A DNA stretch of 64,000 nucleotides from Candidatus Omnitrophota bacterium (GCA_040753675.1 JBFMEB010000004.1:4288-68287); one strand, 5' to 3'. Shown: positions 29,676-39,428, counted from the stretch's first letter. Notes: generated by a model from the letters alone, not told the origin. Program-made: numbers and translations.

Positions 29676-30435
29676 ACTTAGTCATCATCATAACTGCAGG
29701 TGCCAAAGACACCACGCCCTCTACTTTCAAGGGCAATCTTTTCTCATCAGCGCTAAACCAGAATTTAAATTTGTTAGGGATGCTCTCAATGTAAAAGGCC
29801 TTAAATTTTCCAGCAGGCACTTCAACTTCCTCAATTCTTTTAACCTGCAGTTTAAGTTTATATAGGGGTAAATTTAAAACGAGTTCATTGCCTACTTCGA
29901 AATCTTCCAGCGTGCGATAATAATAAATACTGGAAATAATATGCTGAAAAGGAGCGTCCGAAGTTATGGTTCTGGCATTTTGAAATTTTTTATTCTTAGT
30001 AATGACGACACTGTTTCGTTTTGAAAAATAATCCTCTTCGATTGTTTCTTTTCTGATAATCAGGGAAATTTTCCGTACTACGAACAAAGGATTAAACGTC
30101 TCTAAATCTATATATATATTTTCAAGGTCCTTAAAATTAGCCACGTCAGCCAAAAAGCTGACTAAAACACCTGTGAGGCCATTTTTCGCGACAATTCCTT
30201 TATAAGACATTTTAGCAGTGCCAATCTTAAAACCACGCAATTTTACATCATAATTAATTGTCTCGCCTTTTTTGAAAATAAAATTAGCCCCAAAATTCGG
30301 CTCTTCAGGAGAAGAAAATAAAAAGAAGCCATTTTTGTAGATTCCATTTGAAAATTTATTTGAAAGAAAACAATAAGTTATAAGGATACCAACGGCAATT
30401 ATAAGTATTAGCAAAAATAAACTATTTTTTTTCAT
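29653..30435 (-). CDS. DUF3108-like exported protein
   Basis: N-terminal TM/signal, GETINYDV, EEVEVPAGKFKA, WFSADEKRLPLK. Confidence 0.75.
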   Translation of the reverse strand: MKKNSLFLLILIIAVGILITYCFLSNKFSNGIYKNGFFLFSSPEEPNFGANFIFKKGETINYDVKLRGFKIGTAKMSYKGIVAKNGLTGVLVSFLADVANFKDLENIYIDLETFNPLFVVRKISLIIRKETIEEDYFSKRNSVVITKNKKFQNARTITSDAPFQHIISSIYYYRTLEDFEVGNELVLNLPLYKLKLQVKRIEEVEVPAGKFKAFYIESIPNKFKFWFSADEKRLPLKVEGVVSLAPAVMMMTKYETEKED

Positions 30436-30451
30436 AGAAGTCTCTTAAAAC

Positions 30452-31024
30452 TTAATCGGATAATGCTGCCAGTGCTATTCTTGCTACCTGTTTTTCCAGA
30501 CCAGGAAAATCTAAGATTTCACCCTTTCTATCAATCTTAGCAAATAATAATTCTCCGCAATACTGTGTATTAATGACTTGAAAGAAAAGCCTGACGATTT
30601 GCTTTGCATTTTCGAAAAATTCATTTTTAGCCGCAGCTGCTATTAAAATCAAAAATCCTTTTTTTCTTTTTATATCAGTTTTTCCTTTTCTGATCTTTGC
30701 CAGCCAGAATGGCTGCATACGGTCTATAAGCATCTTGGCCTGGGCAGTAAGGCTGCCAAAATAAATGGGCGAACCAAAAACTATTGCGTCAGATTCAATT
30801 ATCTCTTTATAAATTGGTCTTAGGTCATCTTGTAAAATACAACATTCATCTCTATCGCAACCTCCACAGACCTGGCAAGGTTTAAAGTTCAGGTTATTTA
30901 TATCTATCTTGGTAACCCTAGCGCGACCTCCGATAGTCTGCCTGATTTTCTCTAAAACAATATCAGTATTGCCCCCAACTCTGGGGCTGGCATTTAGAAG
31001 TAAAATTAATTTTCCTTTATGCAT
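30452..31024 (-). CDS. Flavodoxin-like / iron-sulfur flavoprotein (FMN reductase family)
   Basis: NASPR..GNT, CxxCxxC....C, GSPIYFG. Confidence 0.85.
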   Translation of the reverse strand: MHKGKLILLLNASPRVGGNTDIVLEKIRQTIGGRARVTKIDINNLNFKPCQVCGGCDRDECCILQDDLRPIYKEIIESDAIVFGSPIYFGSLTAQAKMLIDRMQPFWLAKIRKGKTDIKRKKGFLILIAAAAKNEFFENAKQIVRLFFQVINTQYCGELLFAKIDRKGEILDFPGLEKQVARIALAALSD

Positions 31025-31038
31025 ATAATCGCGCCTTT

Positions 31039-32544
31039 TTAAATTTTATTCATCCTTAATTGTTCTTTATCAATTTTACCTGATCTATTTTTAGGTAAGG
31101 CATCTCTAAATTCAAAATAATGCGGAATTTTAAAATGCGCTAAATGCTCGCGACAAAAATAACGTACCTCATCTTCGCTAAGAGAGCTGCCTTCCTTTAA
31201 TGCTATAAATGCCTTAGGAACCTCTCCGCGTAAGCTATCTTTCACGCCGACAACAGCAACTTCGCAAACACCAGGATGTTTTTGTATTACTGCTTCGACT
31301 TCCGGCTCAAAAACAATTTCACCGGCAACCTTAATCATCTCTTTTTTTCTTCCTACAATATAGAGAAATTTTTCTGCATCAAACTTACCTAAATCACCTG
31401 TGAAAAACCAGCCATTGCGCATTACCTGTTTAGTAGCTTCTGGGTCCTGGTAATAACCGTCTGTTACCACCCAACCACGAACAGCTATTTCTCCAACTGT
31501 GCCTATGGCAACCTCTTTATCTTCCTTGTCGAATATTTTCACCTCTATCCAAGGCGCAGGTATTCCTACGCTTTCGATCTTTTTTGAATTAATTGGCAAA
31601 ACTGTAGTAGGAGCGTTTGTTTCAGTCAGACCCCAGCCGTTGACTAATACTACGTTCGGGCAAAATTGATTAAATTTACGAAGCGCATCAGGAGAACTTG
31701 ATGCGCCAAAAGTGACGATCCAGCGCAGGTGAGACAAATCAAAACTTTCAAATTCTTTTAATTGTAGGACTGCATAATACATTGAAGGTACAATCCAGAA
31801 ACAAGTTATCTTATATTTTTGGATATTTTTTAAGAATTCCAAAGGTATAAATCTCTCCATTAAAACTATTGTTATCCCATAGAATACACAATTTTGCAGA
31901 TAGATTAAACCTCCAGTATGAGAAAATGGCAAAGCGCAAAGGGCAATGTCTTCCTCTTTTAATTCGACAAAAAACTCCATAGATTTTGGCGCGGCTGTCA
32001 ATTGTAAGTAATTTATTAAGACGCCCTTGGGTTTACCTGTTGTGCCTGATGTGTAAAAAATTATTGCATAATCTTTATCGCTTGCCGCAACCGCGGGTGG
32101 ACTATCCTCACCTTTTCGTAATAACTCTTGAAAAGCTAAGAATCCTTCTGAATTTTCAGCGCAGACTACAATCTGTTTCAAGCTTGGGCACTTTTCCTTG
32201 ATAGCGGCTAGTGAAATATTCTGCTTAGGCTTAATAATCAGCAATTTTGCCTGAGAATGCGTTATGCAGGAAACAACCTCTTCTTCGGTAAGCATAAAAT
32301 CCAACGGAACGCAAGTTGCGCCAGCGCACCATAACGCTAAATAACTATAGGCATATTCTAAACAATTAGGCAGATAAATAGCTATTATTTCAGATTTATT
32401 TATTCCTATTTTTTTTAGAGCGCTGGCCAGCTTAAAAGCCGAAGAGCGAAGCTGGCTAAAAGTTACTGACTCTTCTTTAAAAATTATTGCCTTTTTGTCA
32501 GCAAATTTCTTTGCTTTTTCATCTAAGATATTAGCAATATTCAT
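31039..32544 (-). CDS. AMP-dependent acyl-CoA/acyl-ACP ligase
   Basis: YTSGTTGKPKG, GWGLTE, TGDLG, LPKNRSGKI. ATGA overlap with the ALDH stop. Confidence 0.92.
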   Translation of the reverse strand: MNIANILDEKAKKFADKKAIIFKEESVTFSQLRSSAFKLASALKKIGINKSEIIAIYLPNCLEYAYSYLALWCAGATCVPLDFMLTEEEVVSCITHSQAKLLIIKPKQNISLAAIKEKCPSLKQIVVCAENSEGFLAFQELLRKGEDSPPAVAASDKDYAIIFYTSGTTGKPKGVLINYLQLTAAPKSMEFFVELKEEDIALCALPFSHTGGLIYLQNCVFYGITIVLMERFIPLEFLKNIQKYKITCFWIVPSMYYAVLQLKEFESFDLSHLRWIVTFGASSSPDALRKFNQFCPNVVLVNGWGLTETNAPTTVLPINSKKIESVGIPAPWIEVKIFDKEDKEVAIGTVGEIAVRGWVVTDGYYQDPEATKQVMRNGWFFTGDLGKFDAEKFLYIVGRKKEMIKVAGEIVFEPEVEAVIQKHPGVCEVAVVGVKDSLRGEVPKAFIALKEGSSLSEDEVRYFCREHLAHFKIPHYFEFRDALPKNRSGKIDKEQLRMNKI

Positions 32545-34025
32545 AATCCATACCAATAATTAACCAGCGGCTTGGAATCTTTGGATTTATCAGTCACCAG
32601 GGTTTTTAATCGGGTGTATTCCAAAAAACCTTCCCGGCCTAATTCCTTGCCAAAACCGCTCTGCTTAAATCCGCCGTAAGGTAACTCATTATAAAACATT
32701 CCATAGGTATTAATCCAAACTATACCCGCATCTATTTTACCAGCCAATTCTTTGGCTTTCGAGATATCTTTTGTCCAGATACAGAGCGCTAACCCAAAAT
32801 CAGTTGAATCTGCCAACCGGACAGCCTCTTCTTGATCAGAGAATTTGCCTAAAGTTACCACTGGACCAAAAACCTCTTGCTTAAAAATTGCCATTTCCGG
32901 TGTTACTTCCTCAAATATAGTTGGCTCAAAGAAAAATCCCTTTTTTAACTTCGCATCTTTAGGGATCTCGCCCCCCCAAAGTAATTTAGCGCCATCTGCC
33001 TTGGCCTTATTAACATAGTCTAAAACTTTTTTACGCTGCTCATTAGAGATTAAAGGCCCCATCTGGGTCTCATGGTCTAGGCCCTCTCCCAATTTAATAC
33101 GCTTAGCCTTCTCGCTAAATTCAAATCTAAATTTATCGTATAAAGCATCCTCAACAAAAATCCTAGACATCGCCGTACACATTTGGCCCTGATTTAAAAA
33201 TATAGAACATAAAGAGCCGTTAACCGCAGCTTCTAAGTCTGCATCTTTAAAGATTATGCTCGCCGACTTACCGCCTAATTCCATAATCAGTTTCTTTACC
33301 TGATTCGCAGACGAGCTAATAATTTCTTTGCCGACTTCGTTACTGCCAGTAAAAGAAACCAAATCCACTCTTTTGTCCGAGCATAGAGCCTTGCCGATTC
33401 TCTCTCCGCTTGCGTTAATAATATTCACTGCCCCTTTAGGCATTCCAATCTTATCAATAATTTTGGCTAATTCAAAAACACTTAAAGGCGTCAAGCTCGA
33501 TGGTTTTAAGATAACCGTGTTACCAGCAGCAAGTGCCGCAGCTAATTTCCAAGAAGCTATTAATAATGGATAATTCCAAGGCACGATTAAGACTGCGACT
33601 CCCAAGGGCTCTCGGATAAGCCCGCCTTCTGCTTGAGAATCTAGCTTTAATGTATTCTCTACTAAAAAATTTTCCAAATTATTGGCAAAGTATTCAAACG
33701 TTTTTGCCGCAGAAGGGATATCCATAAAAGTCGATTCCTTAATCGGCTTACCTGTATTTAAAGTCTCCAGATTTGCCAGTTCAGCTGCATTCTCCAGAAT
33801 TGCTTGGGAAATTTTTAAAAGAAAATTTTTGCGCTCTTCTAAAGATATTGTTCGCCAAGGCCCTTCGTCAAAAGCTTTACGGGCCGCATCAATGCTCGAA
33901 TAAATTTCGCGTTCGCCAGCTACTGCCACTTCGGCTATTAAATCGCCTGTGCTGGGATTGATAATCTTGCTCCAATTTCCAGAATCCTTGAACTGGCCAT
34001 TAATAAATAAACTGAAACGTCTCAT
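32541..34025 (-). CDS. Aldehyde dehydrogenase
   Basis: PWNYP, FTGS, MELGGKS, NQGQMC catalytic Cys, EVFGPV. Confidence 0.95.
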   Translation of the reverse strand: MRRFSLFINGQFKDSGNWSKIINPSTGDLIAEVAVAGEREIYSSIDAARKAFDEGPWRTISLEERKNFLLKISQAILENAAELANLETLNTGKPIKESTFMDIPSAAKTFEYFANNLENFLVENTLKLDSQAEGGLIREPLGVAVLIVPWNYPLLIASWKLAAALAAGNTVILKPSSLTPLSVFELAKIIDKIGMPKGAVNIINASGERIGKALCSDKRVDLVSFTGSNEVGKEIISSSANQVKKLIMELGGKSASIIFKDADLEAAVNGSLCSIFLNQGQMCTAMSRIFVEDALYDKFRFEFSEKAKRIKLGEGLDHETQMGPLISNEQRKKVLDYVNKAKADGAKLLWGGEIPKDAKLKKGFFFEPTIFEEVTPEMAIFKQEVFGPVVTLGKFSDQEEAVRLADSTDFGLALCIWTKDISKAKELAGKIDAGIVWINTYGMFYNELPYGGFKQSGFGKELGREGFLEYTRLKTLVTDKSKDSKPLVNYWYGL

Positions 34026-35035
34026 TATTTTATACTCACCTCTTTAAATAACGCGAATAATTTGCTGAACGGCACATACCAACGGGAGAGCTTGCCGAGT
34101 TCGCCTTTTAATTTCATCTTGCCTTGCATAACCGCAACAAAAGGATCGAGTTTGCCTAAAAATACCAATTTCCAAATATCAGCCGGAGCAGAAATTATAA
34201 ACGGCGCATTGTCATTGAAATCTAACTTTTTAATCTCGCCTTTTTCAAAAGAGAATTTAAAGGCATTATCTGCGCCGTCTATCTTAATCGCCAACTCTAA
34301 GGTCAAGTCTAACTCCTTGCCTTTATTGCGGATATATTCGTCTTTATTAACCAAATCTACTATTGCCTGAATATGCTCCTTAGAGAACATGGTATAAATA
34401 TTATCGCTGCCTAACGTCTCTTTCAATTCCTTATCAAGCTCATCCAGAATTCCTTTCTTAAAAATCCTAGCCACTGCTACTACTTTTACTGCCTCTTCCA
34501 AAGTTTCGATTAAACTCAGCGCATCTTTAAAATTCTGGGCAATTGAAACCACGCCGTGATTCTTAAGCACTACCTGGTTATTACATTTTAACGCCTCGAT
34601 TACAAGTTCAGGCCTGCTAACAGCCGGTGTGTCCTGTTCGATAACCGGAATGTTACCTAAAGAAAGCTTGGTTTCAAAAGTTAAGGCTTTAATATCAGAG
34701 TAAAGGGCAAAATAGGCATTTATTAAAGCCGGGTGGCAATGCACAATAACCTTATTATCAGGAAAGCTTTTATATACAAGATGGTGCAGCGGAAATTCGC
34801 TGGTAAGTCGGCTGTTTGCTAAATCTTGCGGCCTATTTAGATTTACCTTGATGATATCATAATTTTTTAAGTCTGATAGTGAGGCGCCGGTTGAGGTAAC
34901 CAGTATATTATCCTGGTCTAACTTAGCGCTTAAGTTTCCCGCGCGGCCGACCACTAAGCGCATCTGGTATAGTCTTTTTCCTATATAAATTATTTCCTCT
35001 TTCAGCTCTTTTTCCCTGCCAAAAAACATATTCAA
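34025..35035 (-). CDS. Class II aldolase fused to a C-terminal SCP2 (sterol carrier) domain
   Basis: GNLS, SEFPLH, VHCHP, LKNHG; C-terminus GKLDPFVAVMQGKMKLKGEL is SCP2-like. Confidence 0.85.
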   Translation of the reverse strand: MNMFFGREKELKEEIIYIGKRLYQMRLVVGRAGNLSAKLDQDNILVTSTGASLSDLKNYDIIKVNLNRPQDLANSRLTSEFPLHHLVYKSFPDNKVIVHCHPALINAYFALYSDIKALTFETKLSLGNIPVIEQDTPAVSRPELVIEALKCNNQVVLKNHGVVSIAQNFKDALSLIETLEEAVKVVAVARIFKKGILDELDKELKETLGSDNIYTMFSKEHIQAIVDLVNKDEYIRNKGKELDLTLELAIKIDGADNAFKFSFEKGEIKKLDFNDNAPFIISAPADIWKLVFLGKLDPFVAVMQGKMKLKGELGKLSRWYVPFSKLFALFKEVSIK

Positions 35036-35955
35036 ATCTCCAAATAAATATGCTTAGTAATCAAATCCCTGGGGGTAATATCAAAAGCAGGATAATATGC
35101 CTTTATCCCTTTCGGGGCAAGCCGAACCCCGTCAAAATTTAATAATTCCTTTTGCGGCCTAATCTCGATTTTAATATCTTTACCGGTTTTTGTTTTTGAG
35201 AAAGGAGGACATAAAACATAAAAGGGTATCTTAAAATGGTTGGCTAAAACCGCTATCTGATAAGTCCCGATTTTATTGGCAATGTCGCCATTCTGCGCTA
35301 AATGGTCTGCGCCAACAATAACCTTATCAATCTTACCCTCTGACATAACCTGGCCTATCATATTATCCGTAATTAAGGTAACCGGGAAATCCTCTCTTTT
35401 TAATTCCCAGGCGGTTAAGCGCGAACCCTGTAAATAAGGTCGAGTCTCCGGAACAAAGAAACTAACCTTTTTATTGTCTTTTCGGCAAAATTCTCCTATA
35501 AGAGGCATAAGCCCGCTGACATTGCAATAGGTCAATATCACATCATTATTTTTAATCAAAATACTTGCTTTCCTTGCCTGCTCTATGCGCTTACTTTTAA
35601 GCATTTCTAAAAATCCGAATATATTTTTTTCCAGATCAGCTCCTGATTTAACCCAGCCTAAAACTAAATCAGTTAGATATTTAAAAGACAATGTTGGCCG
35701 GCTCGTATTTATTGCCTTGGCAATATGCTCTAAATGCGAAAAACTCCTATCCTTAGCTAATTCTAAAATAAAAACATACATTACCAAAAGCACCTGGCCT
35801 ACTGCGCGCGTCTTCATCTCTTTTATAGCCTTAACTGCCTGTTTATAATCCTTTATTTTTATATAGGATAATTTAAATGGGAGGCTAGTTTCATCTAAGA
35901 CATATATAATATTACCCTTTAACTGAACTGGCCAAAAAAGCGGCGATAGTCTCAT
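35032..35955 (-). CDS. mtnA: Methylthioribose-1-phosphate isomerase-like protein (divergent)
   Basis: ILTYCN, ETRPYLQGSRLTAWEL, VGADH..NGDIANKIGTY, PAFDITP. Confidence 0.88.
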   Translation of the reverse strand: MRLSPLFWPVQLKGNIIYVLDETSLPFKLSYIKIKDYKQAVKAIKEMKTRAVGQVLLVMYVFILELAKDRSFSHLEHIAKAINTSRPTLSFKYLTDLVLGWVKSGADLEKNIFGFLEMLKSKRIEQARKASILIKNNDVILTYCNVSGLMPLIGEFCRKDNKKVSFFVPETRPYLQGSRLTAWELKREDFPVTLITDNMIGQVMSEGKIDKVIVGADHLAQNGDIANKIGTYQIAVLANHFKIPFYVLCPPFSKTKTGKDIKIEIRPQKELLNFDGVRLAPKGIKAYYPAFDITPRDLITKHIYLEI

Positions 35956-36701
35956 TTGCCCTCAAGTCTTTTTACAGTTTCTAAAGCAATTTCTATTAAT
36001 TTACTTTCCGCCATATAATAAAGCGGATTCATAAAGCCCATCTCTCCGGTAATCACATTATCGCTTACTGCCAAAATAGAGCCAGCTTTAATCTTGTAAA
36101 CTGCGGCAATAGTTAATAGACTTGATGATACCATATCTACGGATATTGCACCCATTTTTCGTTTTGCCTCAACTACCTCTCTGGTTTCTCGCAATAACGC
36201 ATCCGTTGTCCAAACAATGCCCCGATGGATATTCGTGCCTAAATCCTTTGCCACGTTAAAAAGTGTATCTGAAATTTTCTTATCTGCGGCTGTTTTGAAA
36301 CTATTATCAACATAATAAGGCGTAACCCCGTCTCCTCTTATAACCTCGTCAGCAATTACCAAATCGCCAATCTTTATATCTTCGCTCAATGACCCGCAAG
36401 TTCCTATGCGTATAATATTACTGATTTGCGCATTACACATGACTTCTGCTGTAATAGCTGTATCAGTAGAAAACCTTCCGCCATTCATTGCTGTGATTTT
36501 AATCCCCTGATATGAGCCGGTATGCATGGTATATTCCATAAAGGAAAAGTTTCTGACCGGATTTTCTAATTTTTTAATCAATACCTCTAATCTGTCTTTT
36601 GGCCCAGGAACAATTGCGTATTTACCAACATCCTGCGGCCGCAACTGCACCATATCAGTTAAATCTTTTCCAGTCAGATGAATATCCTTTTTCATCTCCA
36701 T
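35952..36701 (-). CDS. Nucleoside phosphorylase (PNP/UDP family), divergent
   Basis: IRIGTCGS, RGDG, WTTDA, VDMVSS in place of VEME, AVSDN. Confidence 0.85.
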   Translation of the reverse strand: MEMKKDIHLTGKDLTDMVQLRPQDVGKYAIVPGPKDRLEVLIKKLENPVRNFSFMEYTMHTGSYQGIKITAMNGGRFSTDTAITAEVMCNAQISNIIRIGTCGSLSEDIKIGDLVIADEVIRGDGVTPYYVDNSFKTAADKKISDTLFNVAKDLGTNIHRGIVWTTDALLRETREVVEAKRKMGAISVDMVSSSLLTIAAVYKIKAGSILAVSDNVITGEMGFMNPLYYMAESKLIEIALETVKRLEGK

Positions 36702-36908
36702 TACTTTCTCCTTATAATTGTCTACTAATATTAAGCGGATTTAGCGGGTCCTGCCGAGCCTTGTTTTCGTAGCAACGCTACTCAAATCAAGTCTCGTCAC
36801 CCGCTAAATTAACCTTAATGAAACTGGCAATTTTCGAGCATTTTACAATTGACTTGGCAAGTTTTGAGCAAGACGTCAAAAATTCTTCTCTATTTTTACT
36901 TCCCCAAA

Positions 36909-37108
36909 GATGAAACTGGCAATTTTCGAGCGAATAGAGATTTTAGCCAAGGAAGCTTGAGCATTTCGGGAATCCCGTACTTTTGGATGGCGAGGATGTT
37001 TGAGTCCGTCCTGGCGAAAGCCGACGGACGAGTTCCGCAGCCACCGAAATGCGAAAGACCCTTGGCGTTAAAAAATCGAACTGAAGCGAGAAAATTGCCA
37101 GTTTCATC
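36909..37108. mobile_element. 200-bp MITE-like element with ~19-bp terminal inverted repeats
   Basis: GATGAAACTGGCAATTTTC...GAAAATTGCCAGTTTCATC; extra direct copy of the left end at 36818-36839; nested internal palindromes. Confidence 0.75.
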
Positions 37109-38012
37109 CAAGCACCCTCTCTAAATTCCCTCCTAAAATATCTTCTTTATCTTCTTGTTTTATAGCCAAATCTTTGACTGCCTTAATTGAACCAATTATA
37201 TCCTTTTTTGCTGGCCAGTCGCTACCCCAAAGAAGATGTTTGGGTCCTAATAATTCTAAGGCGGAAAGGAAATTTGTCTTAGATATATCTCCGCTTGTAT
37301 CTACATAAATATTTTTTAAATAAGCAGTAGGGTTATCTTTCAAATCTTTTACGAAATTTATGCCTCTTAACATTTTATAGGTTGCGTCAAAACGCCCAGC
37401 AATATGGCAAGTAATTCCTCCAAAATAGGCAAATATAAATTTGACATCGCAATATTTACGCAAGATATCAGACATCAAAAGCTTTCCTATACAAATGGTG
37501 GTATCAAAGATATATTCAACTACCGGAGTAAGCAAGGGATCATTAACTCTTTCATAACCGATAGGATTAATTATCTGAGAGTGCACAAAAATTGGTATTT
37601 CTTGTTTCAGGGCAATGTCATATATAGGAATAAATGAATTATCATCCAAATATACGCCGTTATAGCTGCTAGCCAGACAGATTGCCTTAAATCCTAAGCC
37701 TTCTCTTGCGCGTTTTAATTCAACTATCATCTGCTCTCGGTTACCATCTGGTAAAACAGCAGCAGCAATGAATCTTTTAGGATAACGCTTAATAATCTTT
37801 GCTATATTATCATTATAAATATGGGCTAACTTCTCCTGCCCACCCAGTTTTAGATGCGCATCAGAAGTTGGATATGTTAACAGCGCCTTATCGATGCCTG
37901 CCTCATCCATCATCTTAAGATGGGCTTCTATATCTGACCAGGCCTTAGAAAAAAAGTGGGCATTTGCTACAATTTCTTCTGGCAACCAATGGCTATGGCT
38001 ATCAATAATCAT
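37104..38012 (-). CDS. Amidohydrolase_2 family protein (ACMSD-like decarboxylase/hydrolase)
   Basis: IIDSHSH, PIFVH, IYVDT, WGSDWP. Confidence 0.88.
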   Translation of the reverse strand: MIIDSHSHWLPEEIVANAHFFSKAWSDIEAHLKMMDEAGIDKALLTYPTSDAHLKLGGQEKLAHIYNDNIAKIIKRYPKRFIAAAVLPDGNREQMIVELKRAREGLGFKAICLASSYNGVYLDDNSFIPIYDIALKQEIPIFVHSQIINPIGYERVNDPLLTPVVEYIFDTTICIGKLLMSDILRKYCDVKFIFAYFGGITCHIAGRFDATYKMLRGINFVKDLKDNPTAYLKNIYVDTSGDISKTNFLSALELLGPKHLLWGSDWPAKKDIIGSIKAVKDLAIKQEDKEDILGGNLERVLG

Positions 38013-38404
38013 TTGTGGTCCGTGCTTTTTAGAATTCGCTCAATCATCTCTTTCTCATAAAGAGATTTTATTTCTTTTAAGCCTGCTCTTCCTAATACCT
38101 TAACTATGGCCTTTTCAATCGCCTTTAATTTAAATACTAGGAAACTATATTGCGGATGGAAAGCCTTATCCTCAAATTTTAAATTAAGCCCCTCTTTTTC
38201 CTTATTTTCGATATAAAGAGAAAACTCATCAATAAATTTACCTATTTCTTTTTTACTTCTGTGCCTTTTTAATTCTTTTAGCAAAAATTTATCAATCGAA
38301 AGTTGAGTAAATTTCCTCTCAATTCTGTCTAAGGATTCTTTAGTAGTCTTATACAACCAGATTAAATACCTTTTCTTTAAATCTTTTATATCTGCTTTTT
38401 CCAT
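38009..38404 (-). CDS. Hypothetical protein, helical, translationally coupled in the cluster
   Basis: 131 aa ORF whose stop overlaps the amidohydrolase start (ATGA). Confidence 0.7.
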   Translation of the reverse strand: MEKADIKDLKKRYLIWLYKTTKESLDRIERKFTQLSIDKFLLKELKRHRSKKEIGKFIDEFSLYIENKEKEGLNLKFEDKAFHPQYSFLVFKLKAIEKAIVKVLGRAGLKEIKSLYEKEMIERILKSTDHK

Positions 38405-38410
38405 TTCAAA

Positions 38411-38635
38411 TGAGCAGACAACTTATGGAAGCTTTAGCGACGTAAGTTGTAGACCTTCGGTCGTCTGCGAATTTGACCCAGCACTTATTTTACTGCCAGT
38501 CTTAGCATTAAAATTTTAAGTTTTATTAAAATAAAAACTTCCTTTTTATTACCCAGCTTTTTAGTAAAATAAGTGCTGGGTAAGTTCGGCCAGACAACTT
38601 ATGTCGTCCTTTATGATCCATAAGTTGTGGCCTCA
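38411..38635. mobile_element. Composite miniature inverted-repeat element, copy 2 (inner cassette 38476-38581)
   Basis: Outer TGAGCAGACAACTTATG...CATAAGTTGTGGCCTCA; inner ACCCAGCACTTATTTTAC...GTAAAATAAGTGCTGGGT. Confidence 0.75.
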
Positions 38636-38636
38636 C

Positions 38637-39413
38637 TTATTCCTTAGGATGGTCTTGTTTATAGGGTATTACTGGTTTTGTCCAAGGCGTCTGCTGGTTA
38701 ATTACGGCAATTTCCAAAGGGCAGACATTGGCCGGAACAGTTAAGGCAAATCTTACCGCATTCTCAATCGCTTCCGTAGTCATAAGGCGCGAGCTATCGG
38801 TAGTTATTTCTTGCAATTTCCCGGTAAGGTCTGTGTCGGTTACACCCGGCAATATCGAAGTTACTTTTATGCCGTGGTCGCGTAATTCCCAAAATAGCCC
38901 TTTAGAAAAAGCCCGTAAACCGACTTTCAAGGAACTATAGACAATGAAATTCCTTGGTAAGGGATCGCAAAGAGTAGAACCGGAAACCATATTAATAATT
39001 GCACCCTCTTTGTTTTTTATCATATCATTTATGACTAAACGGATAAGCCGAACATAACCCAAATAGTTTGTATGGCTGAGTTTTTCAAAATCTTCAAGGG
39101 GCTGTTTTTCAAATGGGTACTGGCTAGAGACTCCGGCGTTGTTTATCAAGATATCTATTGAATGAAATTTCTCTTTAGTTTTATTAACCAAATTCTGGAG
39201 GTCTTCTAATTTAGTTACATCGCAAGGAATAGTTAAAATCTCTACTTTGTATTTTTTCTTAATTTCATCTGCTGTTTCAATTAGAGGGCCTTCCTGACGC
39301 GCGGCAAGACTCAAATTAATGCCTAAACTTGCCACGGTATTAGCTATGGCCTTTCCTATTCCCCGACTTGCACCGGTAATGATTGCGGTTTTTCCTTTTA
39401 GATTAACACTCAT
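38637..39413 (-). CDS. SDR family oxidoreductase (candidate polyketide ketoreductase)
   Basis: TGASRGIG, INNAG, YSSLK. Confidence 0.9.
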   Translation of the reverse strand: MSVNLKGKTAIITGASRGIGKAIANTVASLGINLSLAARQEGPLIETADEIKKKYKVEILTIPCDVTKLEDLQNLVNKTKEKFHSIDILINNAGVSSQYPFEKQPLEDFEKLSHTNYLGYVRLIRLVINDMIKNKEGAIINMVSGSTLCDPLPRNFIVYSSLKVGLRAFSKGLFWELRDHGIKVTSILPGVTDTDLTGKLQEITTDSSRLMTTEAIENAVRFALTVPANVCPLEIAVINQQTPWTKPVIPYKQDHPKE

Positions 39414-39428
39414 AATTCCTCCGATTTT

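Noticed and set aside
29653-31024. DUF3108 and flavodoxin genes as definite members of the PKS cluster
   Set aside because: They are co-oriented and close, but generic; the boundary cannot be fixed without comparative genomes.
36818-36931. 22-bp direct repeat as a CRISPR array
   Set aside because: Only two copies about 70 bp apart plus an inverted copy, and no cas genes; it is a TIR duplication.
36849-37124. ORFs 36849-37124(+) and 36896-37111(-) as small proteins or a transposase
   Set aside because: Both fall within the palindromic MITE; the shared DETGNF and RKLPVSS peptides only reflect the terminal inverted repeats.
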